DNA of 64,000 nt, taken from positions 17,559 through 81,558 of IMG/VR virus record IMGVR_UViG_3300033148_003055; one strand, written 5' to 3'. The translations under genes and the position numbers were made by a program. The notes under the pieces were generated by a model, which ran no database searches, was not told the origin of the DNA, and saw only the letters and a list, made by a program, of their open reading frames with translations. Positions within the stretch are counted from its first letter, which is position 1; every line of letters begins with the position of its first letter. Of the stretch, positions 17,528-27,689 are shown piece after piece. Source of the DNA: a virus.

Positions 17528-18196
17528 TCACCTAATCGAAGCTATTCGGTAGTCGAAAACGACCGGAAGCCACCGATCTTCAGTCGCTTCCAGGTCTTCG
17601 GCGAGCTCGATTCCTGGTGACATTCCGTCTTCCTGGTACACCATTCGGTTGGCGGAGATCATTTCGATGTCGTGATCGTCATAAATTTCACCGAGCGCCG
17701 CAACAAATGCTTTGCTCATCCCGGCCCAAAAGATGATATGTGGGTTCAGGTCCGTCGAGAATTTGTGGGTGCCATCCGAGTCGATGCCGGCGTCGTCTAA
17801 CTCCCTCGCCATCTCAACGAACGAGACGCCAGTCCCCATTCTCCGGAAGAGTTTCAGTAGTACCTTCTTCGCCATCTGGGCAGCTGTCAATACTCGCATA
17901 AACAACGGCTGTGCAACGACGGCAACGCTACCATCGTACACACTTTCCAACCACAACAAGTACTTCTTGTCATCATCGTCAAGCCTGAACCACTCCCCTC
18001 TTGCCCTCTTCTCTTTGAACCTCCAGTGGAGATCGGTCTCGATATCGTACTCGAAGAGCATCCACAAGCGCAGTTCCTGGGGCTGTGCCCCCTGCAAGTT
18101 CCTAAGCCTGCGTGTGACGTTTGCCGTCTTCCCTATCTTACAAAACCCCGTCCCAACCTGCTCGATCACGTAGGTGAGCATGACGTCGTCCCCCAT
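17528..18196 (-). CDS. GIY-YIG (T5orf172/MUG113-like) protein with extra C-terminal domain
   Basis: YVI...KIGKT...RRLRNLQ...ETDLHWRF...RGEWF; lower GC than flanks. Confidence 0.75.
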   Translation of the reverse strand: MGDDVMLTYVIEQVGTGFCKIGKTANVTRRLRNLQGAQPQELRLWMLFEYDIETDLHWRFKEKRARGEWFRLDDDDKKYLLWLESVYDGSVAVVAQPLFMRVLTAAQMAKKVLLKLFRRMGTGVSFVEMARELDDAGIDSDGTHKFSTDLNPHIIFWAGMSKAFVAALGEIYDDHDIEMISANRMVYQEDGMSPGIELAEDLEATEDRWLPVVFDYRIASIR

Positions 18197-18572
18197 AACA
18201 AAAACGACTCCCCTAACGGTTGGACAGAACTTATCCCGGAAGCCGGGGTTCACCGCTAGGGGAGCCGTTATCGTTAACACCTTAGCAAGTCCTGTCCGCT
18301 TACTTATCGGTGCTCTGGAGGAAGTTTTCAAGCCATTCACGAGCACGGTTTCTCCTCGCACCCCGGACACAGCACGTTGGGATCGGAGCAGGCATCCAGC
18401 CTCTTGGTCATCGAGCGCGACGGTACCGCATCCGGTTCGACCCACCCGTCCTCGCAGTCGGGGCAGGCCGCTAATGCCAGCTCGCCGTCATCGCAGAGGC
18501 GCTCGACCTTCTGGGTCCCCCCGCACGTCGGACACCTCCTGCGGCCACACTTGAAACAGCGATCGCCGATCA

Positions 18573-19049
18573 TCACTCTAACCCTCCAGGAGTCCTCGAT
18601 GGCAGATCGTACACGTAAACGTCAGCCTCCACGATCTCGTCCAGCACATCCTCCACCCTCGCCCACTTCCCCCCCGCGAGCCCGCATCCGATCCTGGGCA
18701 TATGGATCGACGCGTCGAGGGCATCAGCCATCGCTTCGACCTTCAGCAGGCACGTGCGCAGTGCCTCGTACCGAATCGGCGCGCGCCCCTCACGACTTCG
18801 ACGCGTGCCGTGCTGCGCAACCATGTTCGCGACCCACAACTCGTCTTCCACCCTGACCAGCTGGACCTTCCCGAGCTTGAGCTTGTACTTGCGCTTGAGC
18901 CTGAACACCTCCTCCGGCTCCGGCCACCTCCGTGACACCGCCAGCACGAACCCTTTACCCCACGCCCCGATGTCATTGCACACGTGCGCGATGATCGCCG
19001 GCCCTCGCCCTTCCGGTCTCGTTGCGTCTCCGCAAAGATACGTCGGCAT
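18573..19049 (-). CDS. Macro domain protein (Poa1p/DarG-like ADP-ribose hydrolase)
   Basis: GDAT, IAHVCNDIGAWGKGF, VANMVAQ, IHMPRIGCGLAGGKW. Confidence 0.88.
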   Translation of the reverse strand: MPTYLCGDATRPEGRGPAIIAHVCNDIGAWGKGFVLAVSRRWPEPEEVFRLKRKYKLKLGKVQLVRVEDELWVANMVAQHGTRRSREGRAPIRYEALRTCLLKVEAMADALDASIHMPRIGCGLAGGKWARVEDVLDEIVEADVYVYDLPSRTPGGLE

Positions 19050-19484
19050 CAGCTACCTCCCAACAGTTCCTTCGCCGCGGCCACCTGGGCGCGCAGCGTG
19101 CCCTTCGACTTCTTAACCTCGAGTTCGAGCTCCGCGATCCGGTCGTCCCGTTCGAGCAGGGCCGCGTCAATCTCTGCGGCGAGCGCCATGACCTCGGCCT
19201 CCCCGTCGTCGACTACAAGCATCCACGCCTTCGCGAACCTCCGCAGCTTCCCCTCCAGGCACCTCCGGTGATACGTCCAGCACTTCTCGTGATGCGTCTT
19301 CGCGTCTACACTCATAGCAGGTACTCCACAACAGCGAGCCCTGCTGCAACGGCACCAGCGGCCAACGCGATGACGAGGGCGTATCCACCCGCACCCCACC
19401 CGTCGGGGTAGAACAGATTGTCGTAGAGTTCCAACCCATCCTCGCAACACCCCCGCTTCACCAGCTCCTCTCGCGTCACGGTTA

Positions 19485-20663
19485 TCATCGTTTCGCCTCC
19501 TCGTCGATAGCCGCCTTCAGCGTGTCGATCATGCGCCGCTGGACATAGCCGACGTTCGGGGCGAGGTACAGGTCGGCAAGCACCTTCTCCGCCGCCGTCC
19601 GCAACCCCTTCGCGTCGTCCCGCGTCTCGAGGTTCACGTCCATCACCGGTATCCTCGACCCCGGCAGGAGTGCCGGGAAGTCCGGCGACCGGACGACGAA
19701 GACGACCACGTCCGGCACCGTCGGGTCCTGGAAGCACCGCATGATCTTCGGCTCGCTCACCGGGTCCAGGATTTCGGATGCGCCAGTCCCGCGTTCGAGG
19801 ACCATCGCGAACACCTCGAACGACACCTTCACCAGCTTCAGACGGTCGTCCAGCTCCGCCGGCAGATCGTTGGCGAAGCACCTCCGCCAGAGGTCCTTCA
19901 GGTACCCGTGCATCTCACGGGCCTTCTGGCGAAGCTCTTCCATGTCCTCCTCGTCGGCGTCCCCGTCACACTCTTCCTCGATCCGATCCCGAACCGCTGA
20001 CCAACGTCCGTAGACGGTGTCCTCGCCGCAACCCTGCCCGTCCCGCTTCAGCAGGCAGTTCTTGCAGCCTTCGTCGTCGGAGTCGACCGCATCGCACACG
20101 TCGCATAAGGGCTCGTCCATCATCGGGTCCTCGATCAGCTTTGCCCACTTGCTATGTATCGACTGGGAGATGGCATCCTTGACCGCCTTGGGACACCTGT
20201 GCGTCGGCTTGCCGTCGAGCACCGACGGGATCGGGTCCGCCGCCGGCATGATGTCCGGCGGGTCGACGGCGCAGTTGTAGACGTGCAGGTCCCCGAACTT
20301 GACCTCACCCGCCTTCAGCTTCGGGTTGAGCAAGACTGGCTTCCCGAACAGCATCTGCTCCGTCTCGATCACGCACCGGTCGCGAAGACCCCGGAAATAG
20401 TCGAGCACCTTCCCGATCGCCACACCGGTCCACTCCGCCTCCGGATACGAGACGGCCATGTCTCTGCAACCTCGCCTCCCGAGGTCCTTATGAACCGGGC
20501 AACGGTCGTCGCAGTCGCCGAGCATCTCGTGATACGCTATGCAGAGCGGAACGTCCTCGTTAGTTCGTGCCGGGTCCTCTACCCTCGTCGAGAACACTTC
20601 GATCGTCTTGACCAGAAGGTCGTACGCCTCCTGCGTCACGGTTATTCTGCTAAGGGCCATCAC
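19485..20663 (-). CDS. Cys-rich hypothetical protein
   Basis: 392 aa with repeated PLC..C...C..CP modules. Confidence 0.65.
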   Translation of the reverse strand: MMALSRITVTQEAYDLLVKTIEVFSTRVEDPARTNEDVPLCIAYHEMLGDCDDRCPVHKDLGRRGCRDMAVSYPEAEWTGVAIGKVLDYFRGLRDRCVIETEQMLFGKPVLLNPKLKAGEVKFGDLHVYNCAVDPPDIMPAADPIPSVLDGKPTHRCPKAVKDAISQSIHSKWAKLIEDPMMDEPLCDVCDAVDSDDEGCKNCLLKRDGQGCGEDTVYGRWSAVRDRIEEECDGDADEEDMEELRQKAREMHGYLKDLWRRCFANDLPAELDDRLKLVKVSFEVFAMVLERGTGASEILDPVSEPKIMRCFQDPTVPDVVVFVVRSPDFPALLPGSRIPVMDVNLETRDDAKGLRTAAEKVLADLYLAPNVGYVQRRMIDTLKAAIDEEAKR

Positions 20664-21322
20664 AGCACCGCCTTCCAGTCGAAGCCGAGCTTGCCGGCCG
20701 CCTCAATGTCGAGCGGGTACGCGGTCGAGTGCTTACTAGCGTAACAGAGACCCCACCGACGATCACCGTCCGCGTTCACGGGGATGAGCGGTGTGTAGTT
20801 CGTGCTGTTCATCCCTTTCTCCCACACGGAATCCTTCTTCACCCGGATGTAGACCACGTCATCGTCGATCCCCATCAGAGTGAACGGCTGACCGAGGGGC
20901 ATCCCCCCGACCGTGATCCTCTCCTTCTTCAAGACCAGCCGCTTCCCGAGGGCCCGCAGGTAGTCGAGTTCCCGGCCCTTGTTCTCGGCGGTGGGGTTCG
21001 CACGTGCGTCGCGGAACGGGGTGCCGTAGCACTCGTACTTTCCGGTGTCCGCCATGATCGGGCAGTCCTTGCAGGTGTTGCCGCCGTCGCCGCTGGCGTA
21101 CTTTTTCTTTCTCCCGAGAACGCAGTACGCACACTCCTTCATACTGTCCCACCCCTCTTCCTTCACCCGCTCCTCCCACATGGCCTCGCTCGCCTTATGC
21201 GCGTCCATCGTCTCCTGGTCCACTTCGATCTTCGTACTCATCTCGAACTCCCTCGCTTTCTTGATCGCCCGTTTCAATGCCGCACATAACCTATCCGTGC
21301 TGGCCGTGAATACACACGTCAC
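20660..21322 (-). CDS. Cys-rich hypothetical protein
   Basis: CAYC...CKDCP...C module similar to the neighbour; start uncertain. Confidence 0.55.
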   Translation of the reverse strand: MTCVFTASTDRLCAALKRAIKKAREFEMSTKIEVDQETMDAHKASEAMWEERVKEEGWDSMKECAYCVLGRKKKYASGDGGNTCKDCPIMADTGKYECYGTPFRDARANPTAENKGRELDYLRALGKRLVLKKERITVGGMPLGQPFTLMGIDDDVVYIRVKKDSVWEKGMNSTNYTPLIPVNADGDRRWGLCYASKHSTAYPLDIEAAGKLGFDWKAVL

Positions 21323-21657
21323 CCCCGCACCGCCCTCTCCGCCTTCCGCCCGAGCCGGTCGGCTTCTCGCTCCTCCATCTCCACCCCAGGGAAGGTGAGG
21401 CCGTCCGCCTCGATCCTGAGGTGGCCGAGTTCGTGGGCGAGGTCTTTGGTGTGCGCCCTGGGGAGCCAGACCGTCGCCGCCTTGTCGTCCTCGTCCGCTA
21501 CTACCGCCGCCTCCGCCCCCGGGAAATCCCTGGGGTAGACGTGAACCTCGACCGTCCAGTCCGTCAGCCCCAACGCCTCGAGCATCCGGTCGCACAGGCG
21601 CCGGAGCTTCGACGTCGGCATCTCGTCCAACCGTACCCGGTAGACGGTCGCGCTCAT
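21319..21657 (-). CDS. Small HEXXH metallopeptidase-like protein
   Basis: LAHELGHL...EEREAD. Confidence 0.6.
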   Translation of the reverse strand: MSATVYRVRLDEMPTSKLRRLCDRMLEALGLTDWTVEVHVYPRDFPGAEAAVVADEDDKAATVWLPRAHTKDLAHELGHLRIEADGLTFPGVEMEEREADRLGRKAERAVRG

Positions 21658-21911
21658 TCCGTCGCCTCCTCTTCCACCGGAGGGTGGTAGTACGAATTCC
21701 GGGGGGTAACGGTAACTGCCAGGTAGCCCATCTCGACGGCTTTCCTCAGGCGACGACGCATGGTCGACTCGGAAATGTCCTCACCCTCCGCCTGCTTCTC
21801 CAACCGCGCCTCCGTGACCGTCACTGAATCGGGCGGACGATGCCCCGGCGACGCCGGGTTCGCTTTGTCAAGAGTATTGTCCAGGTCCCAGCTTCTTCCC
21901 TCACTCATCAT
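21654..21911 (-). CDS. Winged-helix-like small protein
   Basis: ISESTMRRRLRKAVEMGYL. Confidence 0.5.
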   Translation of the reverse strand: MMSEGRSWDLDNTLDKANPASPGHRPPDSVTVTEARLEKQAEGEDISESTMRRRLRKAVEMGYLAVTVTPRNSYYHPPVEEEATE

Positions 21912-23049
21912 CGCCTCCGATCGGATCGACCACGGGTTCCCGCGTCGGGGTGTAGATGCCCGTCTCGGGGTCCGGTTTCAGGATGGGTACGTCGCCCAGG
22001 CGTATCTTGTACTCGGCAGTCAAGCCCTGCTCGTGGTGCATGAACCAGACCGTCTGGCTCGGGGTCATGGCAGCCTTGAGCACCTGCACGCTGAAGTTCG
22101 TCGGGCCCGGCCACGAGCCGTTGACCATGAGGGTCTGGTCCGGACCGATGGAGATGCCGGCGGTCTGGTGGTGGTGCGCCCGTAGGTGGAAGTGGATCGG
22201 GAAGCGGAAGATGCCGAGAGCCTTGAGCCCGTCGCGCTGCAGGCCGTAGTACGGCAGCCCCATCCAGCCCCGCGTCTCGTCACCGTGGCTGATGACGAAG
22301 CCCCACTTCTCCTGTATCTGTACGGCGGCGAAGCCGGGGTGGCAGTGGTGGATGCGTACACCCTCGACCCGGCAGAACGCCTGGGCCAGCCCAAGGATGA
22401 AGAAGTCGTCGAGGTTCGCCTTGATGACCCCGCGCTTGCCGAGGCGCCCGTGGTTGCCGGGTACGGCGATGAGGTCGATGCCCTCGTTGAACTCCCCCTC
22501 GATGTAGAGCCGGTAGATGGCCTTGGCGGTGACCGCGGTGCCCCATGCCACCTGATCGAAGCCGTCCATGTCGAGGTGCCACGCCTGCCCAGGGAAGATG
22601 TCCTCGCCCTCGACGTAATCACCGAGGCCCCAGATGACGAGCTTGTTCACCGGATGGTCCGCCCGCTGCACCTCGAGGATGCGAAGCTTCTTGTCCACCC
22701 ACATGTCGAGGGCCTTGAGGTAGCTGTCGCGGTTCCACCCTCCCAGCCCCGACGTGTTCACGGCCTTGGCCTTCGTCCCGATCTGGGTGTCGCTGAATGC
22801 GCTGTGCATCTCCTCGGCGCTCGACTGCGGACGCTTGGACTTGCGGCGCTTCCTCGGCGTCCACGGGGGCAACGGAGTGTAGACCTCCCGGATCACCCGG
22901 TCGAAGGTGGCGTGGGCGGACTCCAACTTCCGGACGTTCGCCTTCAGTATCTCGTTTGCACGGATGAGGTCCTCAAAGCTCGGGGGCTCGTCCTTCTTCG
23001 CCGCCTTGTCCAGGGCGTCTTGCACGCCCTTCGGTATCTTCTTACCCAT
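21901..23049 (-). CDS. Calcineurin-like metallophosphoesterase
   Basis: SDTQIG, LGDYVEG, PGNHGR, SHGD, AHHH motifs. Confidence 0.85.
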   Translation of the reverse strand: MGKKIPKGVQDALDKAAKKDEPPSFEDLIRANEILKANVRKLESAHATFDRVIREVYTPLPPWTPRKRRKSKRPQSSAEEMHSAFSDTQIGTKAKAVNTSGLGGWNRDSYLKALDMWVDKKLRILEVQRADHPVNKLVIWGLGDYVEGEDIFPGQAWHLDMDGFDQVAWGTAVTAKAIYRLYIEGEFNEGIDLIAVPGNHGRLGKRGVIKANLDDFFILGLAQAFCRVEGVRIHHCHPGFAAVQIQEKWGFVISHGDETRGWMGLPYYGLQRDGLKALGIFRFPIHFHLRAHHHQTAGISIGPDQTLMVNGSWPGPTNFSVQVLKAAMTPSQTVWFMHHEQGLTAEYKIRLGDVPILKPDPETGIYTPTREPVVDPIGGDDE

Positions 23050-23387
23050 TATTCAGGTCCTCCGCCAGTGACGATGTAGTCGCCTTTCCTTCGGTCTATC
23101 AAGTTTCCAAGGGCGCTACGGTTCCAGTTAGATATACTGCTGTAGTAACCAACTATTCTGGTCATGTGGTCGATCACCTTCACGGCCTCGCGACCCTCGA
23201 AGATCGCTTCGAGCGTCCGCCAGTCGTTCTTGGCGACCGCGTCCGGGGTGATCCGCCACTTTGCCCCGGTCTTCGGATGGTCGACGCGGATGTACCGCAC
23301 ACCCTCATCGAAGTCGGGTTCCGTGACACCGACGTACTCGAGTTCCTCGTGCTCATCTACAGCGTCCCAGAAGTCTTCGCCCTTCAT
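23049..23387 (-). CDS. Small protein carrying an NrdD-type glycyl-radical C-terminal motif
   Basis: MTRIVGYYSSISNWN...DRRK. Confidence 0.7.
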   Translation of the reverse strand: MKGEDFWDAVDEHEELEYVGVTEPDFDEGVRYIRVDHPKTGAKWRITPDAVAKNDWRTLEAIFEGREAVKVIDHMTRIVGYYSSISNWNRSALGNLIDRRKGDYIVTGGGPE

Positions 23388-23653
23388 ATCCACACCGTCC
23401 TCTCGTGGTTGTCTGGGTCGGGTGTCCCCAGTTTCTTGGTCTCCGAGTCGTACACCCAAGGCATCCGGTTCGGGTCCAGCCCCGCCGTCGCCCAAGAGGC
23501 CAACGCCTCCGCCGCCAACATCCGGTGCTCCGGCGGTACGAGCATGTCGTACACGACGACTAGCCGATCCCCGTACTCCTTCTGCAGGACGGGCAGCCAG
23601 GTCTGGCAGTACCCTCCGATCACGCAAGCCCCCGTCGTAAACAGGTAGGCCAT
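23384..23653 (-). CDS. Glutaredoxin/thioredoxin-like small protein
   Basis: YLFTTGACVIGGYC...VVVYD...MPWV; atypical Cys spacing. Confidence 0.45.
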   Translation of the reverse strand: MAYLFTTGACVIGGYCQTWLPVLQKEYGDRLVVVYDMLVPPEHRMLAAEALASWATAGLDPNRMPWVYDSETKKLGTPDPDNHERTVWI

Positions 23654-23778
23654 GACGTCTCCGACTTCCCTCTCCTCGATGGTGTCAACTCGACCACGGC
23701 ACCGCACGCGGTCCGCTTCCTTCCTCAGGTCCCCGTGCCGGTACCCCGCCGGCGGTATCTTGGATCGCTTGCGCTGCA

Positions 23779-24300
23779 TCACCGAGCCTCCTGCTCGCAC
23801 TCGCGTTCGTATATCTCAAAGTGCCGATCCCCCTTGTTGAGATCATAGACGACCGCCTCGTCGGCATCCTCGTCCCATTCCTGCCACAGGTCTTCGCTAA
23901 CCGAGGTTCCGTGAAAGCCGATAGCTTCGGCGCTGGACGCCTCTATTAGGTCGGCCCACGCCGGGACGTGATCGACGCTGCCCGATGGGGCTGGGTTCAG
24001 CGCCACGAACCCACGCAAGTCTGCCGCCACCTTGCCGAAGTTCTCGCGGCGGATGATCGCGTAGTCAAACGTAGCCAGCATCGTGATTCTCTCACATGGC
24101 TCCAGCTTCTCGCTGGTCGCCAGCGCCCACAGCTTCGTTTCGTAGTCCATCAGCCAGGAGTCGTACTCCTTGGCGGGGTCTTTCATGTACTTGTCATAGA
24201 GCGAGGTCCAGATTCGCGCAGCGCCTCCCCACGAGTTCGGGAACTCCGCATATGTATCGGGCTTCCCGTCTTTGAACTCTATCACGTAGCACCTGCTCAC
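23779..24300 (-). CDS. Hypothetical protein
   Basis: 173 aa coupled ORF. Confidence 0.65.
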   Translation of the reverse strand: MSRCYVIEFKDGKPDTYAEFPNSWGGAARIWTSLYDKYMKDPAKEYDSWLMDYETKLWALATSEKLEPCERITMLATFDYAIIRRENFGKVAADLRGFVALNPAPSGSVDHVPAWADLIEASSAEAIGFHGTSVSEDLWQEWDEDADEAVVYDLNKGDRHFEIYERECEQEAR

Positions 24301-24489
24301 GCCGTCACCCCCTCCTCGGCCGGCAGCGCCATCGGCTCTAGGCCCTTGAGCTTCTGGTTCTCGATCATGAAACGGCGGATGATCCGGTCCGCCTGCTTCG
24401 CCCCGGACTCGAGCTTCGCAACGCGGGTCTCCAGCCGGTTGACCTCGCCCTTGAGTTCCCTGATCTTCGTGTCCTTCTCTGCGCTCGTT

Positions 24490-24861
24490 CTACCCACGGT
24501 CCACCTCCTGCTTCGACTCAAGTGCGTAGGCCATGCCCATCATCGGCCACTGGTGATTCGCATGAGCGTCACCGAAAGCGAACACGGCCCGTTTCTCTGC
24601 ACACCGGAACCGGTCCTCGCGGTCCTTCATGATCGCCGCCGGGAACATCAGGACCTTCCCGCTCTCGATGCAGCGTTCGCTGTGCAGACGACCCGCAGCG
24701 ATCGCGCACCCGCGCTTGCGGTTGAAGTTGTCGAGCGGGGAGCAGACCGCGGTCGCCACCCCGTACTGCCCGTCCTCACGTTCCTCCACGGCCACCGTCA
24801 CGCCTCCCCGGGCGATCCCCGAATCCAGCCTCAGCCTGAAGTGATAGAACCAGATCATCAC
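24490..24861 (-). CDS. Conserved phage hypothetical protein
   Basis: AVCSPLDNFNRKRG..IA.GR motif common in phages. Confidence 0.6.
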   Translation of the reverse strand: MMIWFYHFRLRLDSGIARGGVTVAVEEREDGQYGVATAVCSPLDNFNRKRGCAIAAGRLHSERCIESGKVLMFPAAIMKDREDRFRCAEKRAVFAFGDAHANHQWPMMGMAYALESKQEVDRG

Positions 24862-25175
24862 CGTCTCCTCTTCTTCTTTGGCGCCGGCGCGGGAGTCATC
24901 GCGAGCTCCCTCACCACCTTGTCCAGCGCCTCACTCTCATCTTCCAACCAATCCCGTAGTTCCTCGATCGACCCGCCGAAGCAGACCACGACGCTGTGCC
25001 GCTTCCCTGGGGGGAAGACCCGAACGTCAACGTTGACCCCGTGGGCCACCCGCCTTCCTATGACGATCGCCTTGTGACCGAACCGCGCTGAGAAGTCCAG
25101 CATGTCGGTCCCAGAAACCTTCACCGGCTTGGCCTGAGCGACAGGGCGGCGCTTGATCTTACGCTTCGTCGGCAT
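24858..25175 (-). CDS. Hypothetical protein with basic termini
   Basis: MPTKRKIKRRP...KKKRRR. Confidence 0.6.
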   Translation of the reverse strand: MPTKRKIKRRPVAQAKPVKVSGTDMLDFSARFGHKAIVIGRRVAHGVNVDVRVFPPGKRHSVVVCFGGSIEELRDWLEDESEALDKVVRELAMTPAPAPKKKRRR

Positions 25176-25866
25176 CCCGCCTCCTACGCTTCACCGAGCG
25201 CCGCATGACCTTCCGCTCCCAGGAGTTCATCTTCAACCACTCGTCCCCGGTGTCGAGGGGGAGCATGTACCCGATCGCCCGCTGGCCCGTCTCGACCCCG
25301 ACGCTCCGGACCAGGAAGCCGTCGGTCTCCGACTCCCCGAACTCGATGAAGGCCGAGTTGTCCGGGTTCGGGCAGGCCGACTCCATCGCCTGGAGCAACT
25401 TGATGAGGGCCTTGCGGTCGACGCAGACACGATGCTTGCACGCCTTCCGGGCACGTTGGAGGACGGGCCTCCATTCAGAGAACCGGCGGCGGGAGAGCTG
25501 CCCCTCCACCTTCAGGTTCTTGTTGAGGTCCGTCGCTGTCAACTCGATCGTCCCATCTTCTTCATTATACCCCGTAACCGCCACGAATCCAAGCTCTAAT
25601 CCGAGATTTCCTTTGGGGATATTCCGGAGGGCCTCGGTCACGATCTCAGGGGGAATACCGGCCCCATCCTCCCCTACGTCGGTCTCGGTCTTGAAGTCGG
25701 GCATGGCCGCCGGGCGGTCGTCGATGGGCTCCACCGCCAGAATCGCGGAGCCGTCAGAGGCGACGGTGGTCCCGTCAGCCTCAACCCGGAGTTGGTGCAG
25801 GACTTGGTCCCGCTTGTCCGCCCCGGCCACCTTGATCGGGGCCAGGTTCGCTTTACTCAGTAACAC
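25159..25866 (-). CDS. DNA polymerase beta-clamp-like protein (two domains)
   Basis: VLHQLRVE...VASDGSAILAV, RFSEWRPVL, YMLPL. Confidence 0.6.
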   Translation of the reverse strand: MLLSKANLAPIKVAGADKRDQVLHQLRVEADGTTVASDGSAILAVEPIDDRPAAMPDFKTETDVGEDGAGIPPEIVTEALRNIPKGNLGLELGFVAVTGYNEEDGTIELTATDLNKNLKVEGQLSRRRFSEWRPVLQRARKACKHRVCVDRKALIKLLQAMESACPNPDNSAFIEFGESETDGFLVRSVGVETGQRAIGYMLPLDTGDEWLKMNSWERKVMRRSVKRRRRDADEA

Positions 25867-26022
25867 GGCGCCTCCTGATCTTCCGCTTCTTCTTCCCGCG
25901 GAAGGGGCGGACCACGATGGAGTGGTGGTCCTCTTCGGTGTAGGTCCACAGCGGGATCACCTCGACGGCGAGGCCGCGCTTCTGGAGCGAGGCCACCGCT
26001 TCCCTCAGCTGGCGCTCCGACC

Positions 26023-26382
26023 TCACCACATCAGACTCCGGAACCGCGTCACCTTCTTGACGCTCATGTTGCTGGTCTTGAGCAGCTTGACGGCGGCCTT
26101 CCACTCCCGGACGGCGACGTCCTTGATGACCCACCGGCTCTTCGTAGCATTCTCCCAGGACTTCTTGCTGCCGTGCCGGATGATCCGCCGGTCGGTGTCC
26201 CGGTCGGCGCAGCAGCTCTTGACGGCCTTGATGGCGGAGAGCATGTCCCCCTGGAACCGGTCCGGCCCCCCGACCATGACCTCCCCCGGCCCTTTGTTCG
26301 GCTCCGGTGGTGTGAACACCAACCCGAAGACGAACGAGTCCTTGTCCCCATCCTGTGCACGTAGGATGTACTTCTCTCTCAT
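26023..26382 (-). CDS. Hypothetical protein
   Basis: Coupled ORF. Confidence 0.5.
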   Translation of the reverse strand: MREKYILRAQDGDKDSFVFGLVFTPPEPNKGPGEVMVGGPDRFQGDMLSAIKAVKSCCADRDTDRRIIRHGSKKSWENATKSRWVIKDVAVREWKAAVKLLKTSNMSVKKVTRFRSLMW

Positions 26383-26609
26383 GTCCTCTCCTTCGCTTTC
26401 CGAGACCACGTCACCCACCCGTAAATCGCAAGACCCGCGTAGACGAGGAACAGGGCCGCCTGCGGGTAGGCCACCTTGTAGACGCTATACCCCGTGAACG
26501 CCAGGTTCGTCGTGATCCAGATCGGGAAGCACCATATCTTCTGCTTCGCGTTCGCGATCGTCCCGACGATCGCCGCCACGGTCACGCACCACATCACTGC
26601 CTCGATCAT
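26379..26609 (-). CDS. PnuC-like small membrane protein
   Basis: WCFPIWITTN...Y...AIYGWVTW. Confidence 0.6.
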   Translation of the reverse strand: MIEAVMWCVTVAAIVGTIANAKQKIWCFPIWITTNLAFTGYSVYKVAYPQAALFLVYAGLAIYGWVTWSRKAKERT

Positions 26610-27145
26610 CACTCCCCCTCCCATAACTGGTTGAACCTATCAAGGAAGTCCGTGGCGATCGTTGGCGGGTCCGCTCCGATCACGGCGACGTTGCTGTACG
26701 GCTCCGGCAGAGGTTGCCAGTCGAACGTCGCCGGCGCCATGAGCTGTTGCTTTTCCGTCGCACACATCCGTTGGTCAACCTCCTTCACCCGCGGGTCTGG
26801 TGGCCAAGGGAGATTGAACGCCGCGGCGACGGCGGTCTCGATCGCAACGAATATCTCCCGGACGTCGTGCGAGGTCTCGAAGAGGAGCTTCTTGAAGTCT
26901 GCCTGCACATCCGGCGTGTAGGCCTCCGCCGCATCGTGCATGAGCCCCTGCAAAGCGAGCTCCGGCGGGACCACCCGGCTTACGAGGATGCTATGCTCGC
27001 CCACCGAGTAGAACCGGGTGCAGGCCCCGTTGAACCGGCACGTCTTCGAGAGGTGCATCGCGATGTCAAGGATGTTGATGGACTCCGGGTCGGTGTTGAC
27101 GAACTCGAACTTCTTCCCCGTATACGTCTGCATCTTCGCGTTCAT
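26609..27145 (-). CDS. HD-domain 5'-deoxynucleotidase (YfdR-like)
   Basis: DIAMHLSKTCRFNG, FYSVGEHS, LMHDAAEAY. Confidence 0.88.
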   Translation of the reverse strand: MNAKMQTYTGKKFEFVNTDPESINILDIAMHLSKTCRFNGACTRFYSVGEHSILVSRVVPPELALQGLMHDAAEAYTPDVQADFKKLLFETSHDVREIFVAIETAVAAAFNLPWPPDPRVKEVDQRMCATEKQQLMAPATFDWQPLPEPYSNVAVIGADPPTIATDFLDRFNQLWEGE

Positions 27146-27687
27146 TCCCAGCCTCCTTCCATCCACGTCGTCACGCAACGACGGGTCTCCTGCTGAAGCC
27201 AGTCGATCGTGTTGACGTTTGACAGCTTCACGTCACACAGCTCCAACGTCTCGCCTATCGCCGTCTCGGTTGGGTCGTCGGCGAGGTCGCCTTCGAGCCC
27301 ACCGCGATCGATGATGCCGATGAGGATGCCGCCCTTCGCCTTGACCCAGTGCGCCTCGACGGGGAATCGGATGTTCGGGATGTAGTACCCATCGGGGGGC
27401 GCAAGGATACCGTCGATCTCCAACTGGAGCATGCGGCCCCACATCTTGTCAAGCCAGAACGTCGGGCGCTTCGCTCTCCCGAGGTTGCCCGCCTCCTGAA
27501 AGCGTGCACGGGTCTCGGGGTCCGCGGTCCGCAGCTCATACGGCGCCTGCCCGAGCAGCATCCCAACGAGCACAGCGATCTCGTCCGCGACCCCGGCCCG
27601 GTAGAAGTTCCGGTCGAGCAGCGCCTTCCCCGCGGTGTCCTTCCCCGAGCGGGCCTTCCCCACGAATCCAATGATCGGCTTGTCCAT
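27142..27687 (-). CDS. Deoxynucleoside monophosphate kinase
   Basis: IIGFVGKARSGKDT, NIRFPVEA. Confidence 0.85.
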   Translation of the reverse strand: MDKPIIGFVGKARSGKDTAGKALLDRNFYRAGVADEIAVLVGMLLGQAPYELRTADPETRARFQEAGNLGRAKRPTFWLDKMWGRMLQLEIDGILAPPDGYYIPNIRFPVEAHWVKAKGGILIGIIDRGGLEGDLADDPTETAIGETLELCDVKLSNVNTIDWLQQETRRCVTTWMEGGWE

Positions 27688-27689
27688 GA

